NCBI GenBank assembly: GCA_945892765.1
Contig: CAMDDQ010000002.1
Coordinates: 3,427-67,426, forward strand
Source of the DNA: Asaia bogorensis
GTDB taxonomy: Bacteria > Pseudomonadota > Alphaproteobacteria > CACIAM-22H2
Reading direction: 5' to 3'
DNA length: 64,000 bases
Below are positions 1 through 9,533 of this stretch, piece after piece. Both the position numbers and the translations under genes were made by a program. How positions within the stretch are numbered: the first letter of the stretch is position 1; each line of letters starts with the position of its first letter. Under the pieces are notes generated by a model. It was given only the letters and a program-made list of their open reading frames with translations, made no database searches and had not been told where the DNA came from.

Positions 1-789
1 TTCATCGCCCAGCCCAGGCTTGAAATCGGTGGCTTTGGGCGCACGGGCCAGCGAAAGGCCCAGACGTTCACCCTCGTCCAAAAGGCGGCGCAGCCTCACG
101 CCATCGATCTTGCTGCCGGTCAGGATAAGGCGGCGGGGGCGGCGGCCGGACCTGTCGAGCTTTTCAACAACTTGAGGGAGATCGTCCAGCGTGCCCAAAA
201 CTTCGATGCCGCGGATGTTGCGGCCGACATGGGTGCCGCGATCGTCGATGATGCCAACCACGCGGTATTGCGCGGTCGGCCGGTGGTCCATGGCGCGAAT
301 GAACATCTCGGCGCCGCTATCGATTCCGACCAGAAGTACCGGCACCCGCCGATTCGCGGTCTGATCCTCGCCTGAACGCAGTTCGAGCCGGCCATCCTTC
401 ATCAATCGATAAAGGACGCGCGGACCGCCGAGGAGGATGAGCAGAACGAACCAATTGATGACCATCATCGATCGGGGCATCGCTTGCAGGCGGGTCAGAA
501 AAAACATGATCGGCAGAAAGATGAGAATCGAATAGGTGACCGCGCGGGCGATGGCGACAAGATCGCTCAAGGACGCATAACGCCAAATGCCCCGGTAAAG
601 CCGCAACGACCAGAACACGCTCGCGGAAACCAGCGTGAACATGACCGTGCCGATGATCAGAAAGTCCTGCGATGCCGACTGGAAGTCCTCGCCCAGCCGC
701 AGGCGCAGGGACAGGACAAAAGAAATTGCCGCCATCGTCATGTCATGCGCAAAGGCGACGACAGGCAGATATCGGCTAGGAAATTTCAC
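1..789 (-). CDS. Polysaccharide biosynthesis protein, WbpM/CapD/PglF-like membrane-anchored nucleotide-sugar 4,6-dehydratase. This is the N-terminal part; the gene continues beyond the window start.
   Basis: Manual minus-strand translation is open from about 789 to 1 with an in-frame stop at 838-840. The N-terminal TM segments read 'VAFAHDMTMAAISFVLSLRLRLG...'. A Rossmann/CoA-binding-like segment follows: 'VPVLLVGIDSGAEMFIRAMDHRPTAQYRVVGIIDDRGTHVGRNIRGIEVLGTLDDL', typical of WbpM-family N-termini. The start codon (GTG 787-789 or ATG 739-741) is uncertain. It was not listed in the ORF track because the stop lies outside the window. Confidence 0.6.
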   Translation of the reverse strand, partial: MKFPSRYLPVVAFAHDMTMAAISFVLSLRLRLGEDFQSASQDFLIIGTVMFTLVSASVFWSLRLYRGIWRYASLSDLVAIARAVTYSILIFLPIMFFLTRLQAMPRSMMVINWFVLLILLGGPRVLYRLMKDGRLELRSGEDQTANRRVPVLLVGIDSGAEMFIRAMDHRPTAQYRVVGIIDDRGTHVGRNIRGIEVLGTLDDLPQVVEKLDRSGRRPRRLILTGSKIDGVRLRRLLDEGERLGLSLARAPKATDFKPGLGDE

Positions 790-880
790 GAATTTTGACC
801 GTAGCTCACGATGACGGCGATTACAGGGCAGGCCAACTCAACCCGAGTCCGACACTACCACACCGAGCCGGCGGCTCGCA

Positions 881-1909
881 TCATCGCTGCGTGCTGCCGG
901 GTCCCCGATCGCGGGGGAGTCGCCCATCCGAAAAATGCCACAGAAGAGCAGCTACGGTGAAGGTCGCGGCGCCCAGTGCCGCCCAACGGGCGCCAGTCTC
1001 GGCCGAGACCGACAGTCCAATCAAGACGAGGTTGGCGATGAGGATGGCGCCGGCCGTCTGGGCGTGGGTAAACCCTCGACGCACCGCCTTTTGGTAGAAA
1101 TGCTGCGCGTGGGCCCGCCACACTTTTTCGCCGCGCGCGAGGCGTTTCAGCAAAGTGAGCGTGGCATCGGCCAGATAATAGAGGGGTAGAATCGCGGCGG
1201 CGCACCAAGCCCCATCGCTCGCCATCGACAAGAGAAGCCAGCCGAGCAGATAACCCAGCGTTACGCTTCCGACATCGCCCAGAAAAATGCGGGCCGGGTG
1301 CCAGTTCCACCACAGAAAACCCGCGGCCGCGCCGGCAAGGGTGGCACCGTGGAAGACCAACGCGCCGCTTAGTCCGAAAGTTGCCGCCACGGCCGCCACG
1401 CCGGATCCCAAAGCCAAGGTTTCAACGCCCGAAATTCCGTCGATTCCGTCCATGAAGTTGAAGAGATTGACAAACCACACCCACAAAACGCCGGTGACGG
1501 CGATATCGACGGCCGGCGGCAGCAATCCCTGAAAGATCGGCGGTTGGTCGAGAAAGGCGGTGAGGCCGACCGCAACTGCGATTGCCTGCCCCAGCAGCCG
1601 CCATGCCGGCGACAGGCCGCGCAGGTCGTCGAACCAACACAAGGCGGCAAGGCCCAGCGTGGCGGCAACGATCGACCAGAATCCGAAGGCTTCCGCAAAC
1701 CCCAGAAAAGCCAATCCGACCCAAACGATAAGCGTGGCGCCGACGACGGCGATACCGCCGCCGCGCGGCGTGGGCAGGCGATGCGAGCTGCGTTCATTGG
1801 GATGATCGAGGATGGCCTTCTGCCGCAGCAGGCGGATCAGGAACCCGGTGCCAGCGAAAGCCAGGGCTGCACACAGTCCCGCGGCGGCTATCGCGCCTGT
1901 CCACGCCAT
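881..1909 (-). CDS. Glycosyltransferase family 4, undecaprenyl-phosphate HexNAc-1-phosphate transferase (WecA/WbpL/MraY family). Initiating transferase.
   Basis: Contains the motif 'NLFNFMDGIDG' and a multi-TM profile typical of polyprenyl-phosphate sugar-1-P transferases. It sits next to the WbpM-like gene, as wbpL-wbpM do in Pseudomonas O-antigen loci. Confidence 0.8.
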   Translation of the reverse strand: MAWTGAIAAAGLCAALAFAGTGFLIRLLRQKAILDHPNERSSHRLPTPRGGGIAVVGATLIVWVGLAFLGFAEAFGFWSIVAATLGLAALCWFDDLRGLSPAWRLLGQAIAVAVGLTAFLDQPPIFQGLLPPAVDIAVTGVLWVWFVNLFNFMDGIDGISGVETLALGSGVAAVAATFGLSGALVFHGATLAGAAAGFLWWNWHPARIFLGDVGSVTLGYLLGWLLLSMASDGAWCAAAILPLYYLADATLTLLKRLARGEKVWRAHAQHFYQKAVRRGFTHAQTAGAILIANLVLIGLSVSAETGARWAALGAATFTVAALLWHFSDGRLPRDRGPGSTQR

Positions 1910-1915
1910 CGCCGG

Positions 1916-3283
1916 TCAGCGTTTTGCGCGGCCGATGGCGGCGGCGAAGGCAGCGGTCAACCACAATCCGCCCTGCCACCAGGCCTGCCACAGCCCGAAA
2001 CTTATTGATGCCAAGACCAGGGCAGTCGTGATCTGCGCCAGCCAGGCCGCCTTGACGTCGCGATCGGACAGCCTGCGAACCGCGGCGGCAGCGGCGAGAA
2101 TCAGCGCTGATCCCAGTGCGGCTCCCACGACGCCAAGCTCCAACCAGAGCTGCAGGGGGGCATTGTGGGGGTGCAGGGGCATCAAGTCGATTTCCTCGCC
2201 TTGAAACCACTGGCGCAGGCTTTGGTAGCGGGGATCGCTTTCGGCAACTTCCCGATCGAGTCGGAGTTTGGCGCCGGTCTCGCCAATATGGCGCGAGGCG
2301 TTCAATCCCCAACCGGAAATCGGCCTCTCCGCGATCTCATGAGCGGAGAACTCCCAAATCCGCACGCGGTGATAGACCGAGGCAAGGACCGAGTGGCTCA
2401 TCTGGATTTGGGTGAGCGGCGGGAGAACATAGGTCGCCAGCGCGGGCGCGAGGACGATTCCGGCGGTCAAGGTCGCGGCGACAAAAGCGGTCGTCGGCGC
2501 GGGCCAGGGCCGGGCAACAACAAAGACACCGGCCCCGGCGAAAAGGGCAACCAACGCCGCCATGCTTTCGGTTTGCGCCACCAGAGCGAAAGCTCCCGCA
2601 GCAACCGTGGCGCCGAGCCATGGAGAGCGCTTCCACAGGACCAGGCCTGCCGGCCACAGACCCAGCGCCACGATTGTGGCCGGGCGATTGAGGACGGTCG
2701 GAAAACTCACGCCCGCGCTGCCCGTCAGGGACCCAAAGGCGTGGCTCAGGAAGCCGGATGTCGCCCATTCACCGAAAAGCAGGGCAAGGCCGGCAAGCAA
2801 ACCGATGACCGCACCCCGTTCAACCGCGCGCCGCTCATCCTCATGAAGGCTCATGGCTAGCCCCAGGGCGACGAGACCACTGAGAAACTCAACCCCAAGT
2901 TCGATGCTTAACGATAGGCTCGAACCGGCGCGCGGCGACCACGCGGCGCTCACCGCGCCCCAGACAACAACGCCGAATACGATCAATGCCGGTGTCGCGG
3001 GGACGCGGGGCAAATAGCGGTGGCGATGCCAATGCACACCGAGACCCAGCAATGCCGTCGCCGGGAGCAGGACACTTAGTCCCTTGGGCGCCAGAACCGC
3101 GAGGGGGAGCAAGAGTGCGGCAGCCAAGCCCAAAGCATGCCCGCCGTGCAAACGCGCAGCGCCGCGCCGGGTCACGAACGGCCCGACAACGGACTTGGAG
3201 GGGTGAGATGACGCCGCTTCCGCCAAAGGTGGCTCCTTATTTCGGGCGCAGACAACACTCGCCGCCCGAATCCTCGACATCAT
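1916..3283 (-). CDS. O-antigen ligase/polymerase family (Wzy_C / WaaL-like) integral membrane protein.
   Basis: About 10 predicted TM helices. Contains 'RVRIWEFSAHEIAERPISGWGLNASR' and 'HPHNAPLQLWLELGVVGA' (H..N...E motif of the O-antigen ligase family). The ORF-track start at 3361 runs through the upstream terminator hairpin, so the start was trimmed to the ATG at 3283. Confidence 0.55.
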   Translation of the reverse strand: MMSRIRAASVVCARNKEPPLAEAASSHPSKSVVGPFVTRRGAARLHGGHALGLAAALLLPLAVLAPKGLSVLLPATALLGLGVHWHRHRYLPRVPATPALIVFGVVVWGAVSAAWSPRAGSSLSLSIELGVEFLSGLVALGLAMSLHEDERRAVERGAVIGLLAGLALLFGEWATSGFLSHAFGSLTGSAGVSFPTVLNRPATIVALGLWPAGLVLWKRSPWLGATVAAGAFALVAQTESMAALVALFAGAGVFVVARPWPAPTTAFVAATLTAGIVLAPALATYVLPPLTQIQMSHSVLASVYHRVRIWEFSAHEIAERPISGWGLNASRHIGETGAKLRLDREVAESDPRYQSLRQWFQGEEIDLMPLHPHNAPLQLWLELGVVGAALGSALILAAAAAVRRLSDRDVKAAWLAQITTALVLASISFGLWQAWWQGGLWLTAAFAAAIGRAKR

Positions 3284-3310
3284 CCCCGTGGATAACCTCC
3301 CCGTCACGCC

Positions 3311-3350
3311 AAAAAAGGAGCCCTCCGTATCAAATGATACGGAGGGCTCC
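3311..3350 (-). terminator. Rho-independent terminator on the minus strand: a 15-bp perfect stem with an AAAT loop, followed by T6.
   Basis: The plus strand reads aaaaaa GGAGCCCTCCGTATC aaat GATACGGAGGGCTCC. On the minus strand this is a hairpin followed by TTTTTT, immediately downstream of the stop of the 3379-4248 gene. Confidence 0.7.
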
Positions 3351-3378
3351 CTTGTCGGCAATCCAACCTATGACGGGG

Positions 3379-4248
3379 TTACATCCAGCCTCGCTCGACT
3401 TTCAGCCGCAATCCCTCGGCGAACGGACGCGGGTGGACGCCAAGGCGCGTCTGCATGTCGGAAATGTCGAACCGTTTATCCTCGCCGGCGCGGGCGAATT
3501 CCGCCGCATCGAAGGGAATCAGGATCCCACATCGCGCCGCGAGGCGGGCAAGCGCAGCCAGCCATCCCAGCGGCACCGCGAGAACACGCGCCTTTCTACC
3601 CATGGCGCCGGCGCAGGCGCGGACCATTTCGGCATAGGTGATCGGTTGTGGACCCGCGATTATGATGGGCGGGCCGAATGCCTGCTTTTGGCTCGTCGCC
3701 GCGACCAGGGCCGCGACCACGTCGTCGACGAAGACGGGTTGCAGGACGTTTCTACCCCCATCCGGCAGCGGCAGGATCAAGGGCAGAAAGCGCGGCCAGC
3801 CCCGTGCCAAGCGCAGGATGCGGTTGACGTTGCGCTCGTCCGGAGCGCCATAGATCATCGTCGGGTGCAACATCACACCCGGCCGTCCGGAGGCGAGGAA
3901 CGCGGCCTCGCCCTTACGCACGGCCTCCGCGGCGGGGTCCGGTAGACGCGTGAACTTGCGCGTGCTGCCGGTGAGTACGATGCGCGGGCATTCTTGCGGA
4001 ATAGCGGTCAGCAGGGTCTCGGTGAAGCGGGCATGAGCCAAACTGACGACACAGTCCACGGCGTCGAGTTTTCCTGCCAAGGTCCGTGGGTCTTCGAGGT
4101 CGGCCGGGATTCGCGAGGCGCGCGGGTCGAGCCGGTTCAGCTTTTCGGTGTTCCGCCCAAGGGCATGAACCTCATGGCCATCGGCGCAGAGCCTTTCAAT
4201 CAGATAGCGGCCGGTCTTACCCGTGGCGCCGAAGACCGCGATCCTCAT
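3379..4248 (-). CDS. NAD(P)-binding SDR / NmrA-like family oxidoreductase (nucleoside-diphosphate-sugar epimerase/reductase type).
   Basis: N-terminal 'MRIAVFGATGKTGRYLIERL' GxxGxxG Rossmann motif. About 290 aa. Confidence 0.6.
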   Translation of the reverse strand: MRIAVFGATGKTGRYLIERLCADGHEVHALGRNTEKLNRLDPRASRIPADLEDPRTLAGKLDAVDCVVSLAHARFTETLLTAIPQECPRIVLTGSTRKFTRLPDPAAEAVRKGEAAFLASGRPGVMLHPTMIYGAPDERNVNRILRLARGWPRFLPLILPLPDGGRNVLQPVFVDDVVAALVAATSQKQAFGPPIIIAGPQPITYAEMVRACAGAMGRKARVLAVPLGWLAALARLAARCGILIPFDAAEFARAGEDKRFDISDMQTRLGVHPRPFAEGLRLKVERGWM

Positions 4249-5381
4249 CGGCGGGCCGGAGCAACGCCGAGCAGTTCGATCTGCCGCTCCACGACTTTGG
4301 TTTCATCGTAAAGAGCGATTGCGCGGTCTCGTCCAGCCTCGCCCATGCGCGCCCGCAGGTCCCGGTCCACGACCAGTCGATTCAGGGCGGCCGCCAACGC
4401 GGGCGGGTCTTCCGCCGGCACCAGAATTCCGGTCGACTCCGCGGCAACCTCTTCGCGGCAGCCGCGGATATCGGTGGCCACCACGGGCAGGCCGGTAAAC
4501 ATGGCCTCGATGATCGACCGGGGCATGCCCTCGCGATGGGATGCCAACACGAAGATGTCGGCAGCCCCCAGCAAATTAGGTATGTCCGCGCGGTAGCCAA
4601 GCAGGCGAACCCGGCGATTGGGATCGGTTTGCGCCTTCTCAATCGCAACGTCGATGCCCGCCGCATGGTCGCTCGGCAACCTTTCGCCGACAGCCCACAA
4701 AATAGCGTTCACCTCGCGCATCGCCGTAAAAAGATCCGGATAACCCTTCTCGGCGACCAGCCTTCCCACAGTGACGATGACCACGGCCTCGTCCGGCGTT
4801 TCGAGCTGCGCGCGCAGAGCCGTACGCTCGCGGTCGCCAGCGGCCACGGGGTAAAACCGCGCGGGATCGGCGCCATTGCCGATCGCCTCGACGATCCCAC
4901 CGCGGCACAGGCGGAATCGCCGGGCCGTGGCCGCGTCCTCCGCCGACTGGGTGAATAGAATGTCAGTGACACGGCCCGGAACGAATTCAAGCGCCATGAA
5001 CAAAGTCCGCTTCCATAGCGGCATGCGGTCGTGAAAATAGAAACCGTGGGCGGTATAAACGATTCGCGGCACGCCGGCCCAGGCGGCGGCCAGACGCCCG
5101 ATCAAGGCACCGATCGGTGTGTGGGTATGAACAAGGTCGAAGTTTTCGCGGCGAAATAACCTCACCAAGGCGCGGAAGGCGCGGAGATGGGCCAAAGGGT
5201 TGTAGCCGCGGACGAAAGGCACGGTCTCGACTGTGAATCCCTGCGCCCGCACGCCGGCCAGAAGTGGTCCGTCGGCACAGACGCCCACGACCTGATGCCC
5301 CGCCTCCCGCATGCCGCGCATCAGCGGCAAGAGAAAGGTATGCAACGTGAAATCGACGGCGCAGAGCTGGCAGATTTTCAC
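4245..5381 (-). CDS. Glycosyltransferase family 1 (GT4).
   Basis: C-terminal 'GMPRSIIEAMFTGLPVVATDIRGCREEV' EX7E-type motif. A GTG start at 5381 overlaps the TGA of the upstream asnB-like gene (GTGA). Confidence 0.8.
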   Translation of the reverse strand: MKICQLCAVDFTLHTFLLPLMRGMREAGHQVVGVCADGPLLAGVRAQGFTVETVPFVRGYNPLAHLRAFRALVRLFRRENFDLVHTHTPIGALIGRLAAAWAGVPRIVYTAHGFYFHDRMPLWKRTLFMALEFVPGRVTDILFTQSAEDAATARRFRLCRGGIVEAIGNGADPARFYPVAAGDRERTALRAQLETPDEAVVIVTVGRLVAEKGYPDLFTAMREVNAILWAVGERLPSDHAAGIDVAIEKAQTDPNRRVRLLGYRADIPNLLGAADIFVLASHREGMPRSIIEAMFTGLPVVATDIRGCREEVAAESTGILVPAEDPPALAAALNRLVVDRDLRARMGEAGRDRAIALYDETKVVERQIELLGVAPARR

Positions 5382-7282
5382 GCGCGCGCCTCCGGCCGGC
5401 CATGCGCCTCGGCCCAGGACTGAAAGGCGAGCAGTGTCCACAAGGTCCAGGCCGTATCGCGGCGGCCGGATTTTAGGTCGGCCAGCCAGCGCTGTGGGGG
5501 TTCCGGCCTAAACAAACCCTGGCGCCTGAGCCGCGCCGGATCGATGGCGCGCCGCAAGCCGTCCGCCAGATCGCCGGTCAACCACGCGGCGACCGGCAAC
5601 TCGAAGCCTTTTTTGGGGCGCGTGAAGACTGATGCCGGGAGAACATCCGCGAAGGCGCGGCGCAGGATGCGTTTGCCGAGACCGGGTGCCAGCTTGAAGC
5701 CGCCGGGCATCGCCGCGGCGCATTCAATGACGTGGTGATCCAAATACGGGCATCTGACTTCGAGTCCGTTGGCCATGCTCATGCGGTCAACCTTCACCAG
5801 CATATCGCCAGGCAGGCCGAACGCGATTTCCGCGCCCAGCATGATATTGATCGGGTCGCTTCCGGGTTGGCCGTCACGGAGTTGTCCGACGAGCGCCTCC
5901 ACGGTCGGCGCCGCCGGTGCCGGTGAGACCAGCAACGCGTCGAGTTCATCTTCGTTCAGTGATCGCGCCCAGCCCGCCTGCCGTTCGGTCGCGGTCTTTC
6001 CGGCATGGGCGGCAAACCGCTTGATCCGCCGGCTCGCCTCCAGAACCGGGTTGTCCTTGCTCTCGGGCAAAAGGCGGACCAGGGACTCGATGACATTTTT
6101 TCGCAGCCAGCGCGGCAGGCGGCGATATCTCTCCGCATATAACTCGCCCTGATAACGGCGATAGCCACCAAACACTTCATCGGCGCCATCGCCCGACAGG
6201 GCAACCGTCACATGCGTCCGTGTTGCTCGCGAGACGAGATATGTCGGCACGGCCGAGCTATCGGCAAAGGGTTCATCGAGCCCGGCGAACACCTCCGGCA
6301 GCGCCGCCAATGCGTCGTTCGCGGAAACCGAGATTTCGGTGTGTTTGGTGCCGAGATGGTTGGCAACTGCGAGCGCGGCGGGTCTTTCTTCGTAATATTC
6401 GGGAGCGCCAGCAAAACCCACGGTAAAGGTACGGACCGTGCCACCCCGTTCGGCCATCACGGCGGCGATGATGGACGAATCGATGCCCCCGGAAAGAAAC
6501 GCGCCAACCGGAACATCGGCCACCAATCGATCCGCCACCGCGGTCTTCAAATGGCGCCTCAACACGGACGCGGCTTCATCCTCGGTGGCAAAGACAGGCG
6601 CGGCGGTTCTCTCGGGCCGATACCAGCGCGCGATGCTCATCCCTGGCGAGGAGAATCGGACAATATGCCCCGGCGGAACCTTGGTAACGCCGGATGCGAT
6701 CGATCGGGGCTCGGGGACGAAGCGCAAGGCGACATAGAGCCGCAACGCCTCCGGATCGATGGGGAATTGGGTACCCACTAGTTTTTCGAGGGCGATCAGA
6801 TCGGAGGCAAAGGCCAGCCGCTTTCCGTCATGGTGAAAAAGCAGAGGCTTCTTGCCGAATCGATCGCGTGCCAGGATCAACTCGCCTTTTTCGGGATCCC
6901 AGAGGGCGAAGGCGAACATGGCGGAAATCCGGTCGAGAAGGCCCTCGCCCCATTCGCGCCAACCCGCAAGCAGGATTTCGGTGTCGGATTGGGTCTGAAA
7001 GCGATGGCCGCGCGCCGCAAGCTCCTCGCGCAACGCGGTGAAATTATAGACTTCGCCATTATAGGTGACGACGAAACCATGGGCGGCCATCGGTTGGGCC
7101 GCCGCTTGAGTAAGGTCGATAATGGCAAGCCGGCGATGGCCGAAAGCGGCACGCTCGTCGAACCAGGTTGCTTCGCCGTCCGGACCGCGTCTCCGGAGCC
7201 GATCCAGTGCCGCCGCCAAGCGCGGTGCCACAATGGCCCGGTTGATGCCGCCGAGATCGACGAGTCCGGCGATGCCGCACAT
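5378..7282 (-). CDS. Asparagine synthase (glutamine-hydrolysing) family amidotransferase (AsnB/WbpS-like).
   Basis: N-terminal 'MCGIAG' with the Cys2 nucleophile. PP-loop 'SGGIDSS'. 634 aa. Confidence 0.85.
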   Translation of the reverse strand: MCGIAGLVDLGGINRAIVAPRLAAALDRLRRRGPDGEATWFDERAAFGHRRLAIIDLTQAAAQPMAAHGFVVTYNGEVYNFTALREELAARGHRFQTQSDTEILLAGWREWGEGLLDRISAMFAFALWDPEKGELILARDRFGKKPLLFHHDGKRLAFASDLIALEKLVGTQFPIDPEALRLYVALRFVPEPRSIASGVTKVPPGHIVRFSSPGMSIARWYRPERTAAPVFATEDEAASVLRRHLKTAVADRLVADVPVGAFLSGGIDSSIIAAVMAERGGTVRTFTVGFAGAPEYYEERPAALAVANHLGTKHTEISVSANDALAALPEVFAGLDEPFADSSAVPTYLVSRATRTHVTVALSGDGADEVFGGYRRYQGELYAERYRRLPRWLRKNVIESLVRLLPESKDNPVLEASRRIKRFAAHAGKTATERQAGWARSLNEDELDALLVSPAPAAPTVEALVGQLRDGQPGSDPINIMLGAEIAFGLPGDMLVKVDRMSMANGLEVRCPYLDHHVIECAAAMPGGFKLAPGLGKRILRRAFADVLPASVFTRPKKGFELPVAAWLTGDLADGLRRAIDPARLRRQGLFRPEPPQRWLADLKSGRRDTAWTLWTLLAFQSWAEAHGRPEARA

Positions 7283-7284
7283 GG

Positions 7285-8382
7285 TTAGGTCAAACCCAGG
7301 TGGAGCGCGTCGAAGGCGGCGGCGGCGCGGGCTACGGAAAAATTCTCTTCGATACGTCGGCGAGCGGCGATGCCGCGCTTGGCCAACGATTCCGGTCCCT
7401 CCCTCAGGAGCCCAACGATGGCCGCACTCATCGCAACCGGATCGGATGGCGGCACGATTCGACCGGTCTCGCCAATGATGCGCGCGGAATCACCGACATC
7501 GGTGGCGACCGCCGGCAACCCAGCGGCCATGCCTTCCGCGATCGCGCTCGGAAAACCTTCGCCGAAAGCCGAGGACGAAACCACTAGGTCGGCGGCAGCC
7601 AACACGCGCGCGACGTCGTCGCGTCGCCCGAGTCGATGCAGCCCGGCGCGTTCGGGGAGCGTCTCCGTGCCCAAACCGACGGCCAGCAATGTGGTTCCGG
7701 GCAACCGGTCGAGACTCGCGAGCATCGTTTCGTGATCCTTCATCGGGTCGCGGCGAGCCACCTGGATCAGGACATGCGCTCCGTCTGCGAGGCCGAGAGA
7801 CGCCCGCAACTCCGCCTTTGCCCTGGGGTCCGGGCGAAATCGTTCGGTGTCGATCCCGTTGTCGATCATGTGAAACCGCTGTGGCCGGTAGCCCAGCCGT
7901 TCATGCGTCGCCCGGCCGGCCTCCGAATTCGCAACGATGGCGTCGGGCAGGTGGGAGAGGCGGGCACCGGCCTGCACGATTAACCGCAACTGCCGGTCAT
8001 ATCGGCTGAGATCCATGTCGGAGCAACGTATGCCCCAGTAGAGCCCCGTCCCGCGGCGTCGACCTGATAGACCAAGGGCGAGGGTCGCCGCGAGATTACC
8101 GTGATACATCCAGCCTTGAATGGCGTGCGGCTTCCACGAGCGGATTTGACCGGCAAGTTTCCATAGTCCGGGGAGAATCGTTCCCACGCCGGCAATTCCC
8201 AGATCCGCGACGGGTACACCCGTATGGGTGATACGCGCGGCGAGGGGGCCGGCCGGGGTCAGGCTGACCACGGAAGCCCTGGGTGCGTTCGGCCGTCTTG
8301 CCTCAAGAAGTGTCGCCAACATGTTCTCGGCGCCGCCGACATCGAGGTCGGTAATGACATGCAGGACACGGTCGGTGCTCAC
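7285..8382 (-). CDS. Glycosyltransferase family 1 (GT4).
   Basis: 'LHVITDLDVGGAE' N-terminus and a C-terminal GT1 E..E region. GTG start with GTGA overlap to the upstream gene. Confidence 0.8.
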   Translation of the reverse strand: MSTDRVLHVITDLDVGGAENMLATLLEARRPNAPRASVVSLTPAGPLAARITHTGVPVADLGIAGVGTILPGLWKLAGQIRSWKPHAIQGWMYHGNLAATLALGLSGRRRGTGLYWGIRCSDMDLSRYDRQLRLIVQAGARLSHLPDAIVANSEAGRATHERLGYRPQRFHMIDNGIDTERFRPDPRAKAELRASLGLADGAHVLIQVARRDPMKDHETMLASLDRLPGTTLLAVGLGTETLPERAGLHRLGRRDDVARVLAAADLVVSSSAFGEGFPSAIAEGMAAGLPAVATDVGDSARIIGETGRIVPPSDPVAMSAAIVGLLREGPESLAKRGIAARRRIEENFSVARAAAAFDALHLGLT

Positions 8383-9533
8383 GGGGCTTCCTTCGCGCCA
8401 CAAAGGCGATGAAACAGGTCCGCATAACGGGCGGCGATACGGTCGGCGGAGAAGCGGTGCGAAGACTCGATCCCCGCCGCCCCCAGGCGCTTGGCCAAGG
8501 CAGGATCGTCGAACAGCCTTTTCATGCCGTCGGTCAGTCCCCCGATGTTCGCCGGTACCAGCAATCCGTCCTGTTCATGGCGGACGATGTCGGTGGGACC
8601 GTACGGGCAATCCGCCGCGATCACGGGGGTGCCAGAGGCCATGGCCTCGACGATGACATGACCGAAACCCTCCCAACGCGACGACAGGACGAACATGGCG
8701 GCGTGGGTCAGCCACGGAGCGATGTCCTCGGCGCTGGTCCGTATCCCGACGCGGCCTTCAATGCCGAGTTCGCCGGCAAGGTGTTGAAGGGCGTCGCGGT
8801 CGGGGCCGTCGCCGATAATGACCAGCCGAGCATTGTCCGGCGCCGCGGCCGCGAAAGCACGTAGAAGTAGGTCGAAACCCTTCTGCGCAACCAACCGGCC
8901 AAGCCCGACCACTACTGGTGCGTTATCTGTCCATGGCCGAATGGCGGCACGGGCGTTTGCTGCGATGTGTTCGACCTCGACCGGATTGTGAATGGTAACG
9001 ACCCGCGTCGGTTCGAGACCATAGGATTCAGTCAATTCGCGGCCGACGCCGCGTGAAAGCGCCACCACGGCATCGGCGCGGCGATAGGCCCAGGCGATCG
9101 CCGCGCGGCTTGCCCAAGACAAATCGGGACGATGGCGATGGCTATTGGTCTCGCGCAACACGACGGCCGGCCGGTCTGAAAGCCCGAGTGTCGCCAACGT
9201 GGCGACGACATTGGCGTGCGCGATGGTCGCGAAAACAAGGTTTGGGCGAGTCGCGGTGATCAAGCGCCTGAGGGGTAGGGGCGCGCCACGCAACCGGCCC
9301 GCGGCCAAGTCGACGAAGTTGATATCTTTCGCAAGCCACTCGCGCCCCGGTCCATTGGCCCGCGCCGCGGCCAGCATCGGCAAGACACCGGTTCGCGGCA
9401 AATTGTTGACCAAGTTGACAACGGTCCGTTGCGCGCCGCCGAGATCGAGGTCGGGCAGAAAAAATAGTACCCGAAGCGGCTCCTTCCCGCTTCGGGCCGC
9501 TGCGGTCAATGGGATTTCCGCAGCAACCACCAA
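8379..9533 (-). CDS. Glycosyltransferase family 1 (GT4).
   Basis: 'RVLFFLPDLDLGGAQR' N-terminus. C-terminal 'GFGHVIVEAMASGTPVIAAD'. Confidence 0.8.
   Translation of the reverse strand: MVVAAEIPLTAAARSGKEPLRVLFFLPDLDLGGAQRTVVNLVNNLPRTGVLPMLAAARANGPGREWLAKDINFVDLAAGRLRGAPLPLRRLITATRPNLVFATIAHANVVATLATLGLSDRPAVVLRETNSHRHRPDLSWASRAAIAWAYRRADAVVALSRGVGRELTESYGLEPTRVVTIHNPVEVEHIAANARAAIRPWTDNAPVVVGLGRLVAQKGFDLLLRAFAAAAPDNARLVIIGDGPDRDALQHLAGELGIEGRVGIRTSAEDIAPWLTHAAMFVLSSRWEGFGHVIVEAMASGTPVIAADCPYGPTDIVRHEQDGLLVPANIGGLTDGMKRLFDDPALAKRLGAAGIESSHRFSADRIAARYADLFHRLCGAKEAP

Noticed and set aside
120-798. Several short ORFs at the window start (120-395 minus, 172-375 plus, 317-586 minus, 484-798 plus)
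   Set aside because: They overlap, in other frames or on the other strand, the continuous WbpM/CapD-like reading frame that runs 789 to 1 with clear family motifs. They are typical high-GC spurious ORFs.
2165-2860. 231-aa plus-strand ORF, and many similar antisense ORFs throughout 1-46,000 (for example 5544-5738, 10171-11103, 15112-15996, 20598-22622, 25364-26329, 37620-38810, 47201-48514, 52949-54559)
   Set aside because: They are antisense to well-supported minus-strand genes with recognisable domains. They are Arg/Gly/Ala-rich and low-complexity, as expected from GC-rich codon-third-position bias. There is no domain evidence for any of them.
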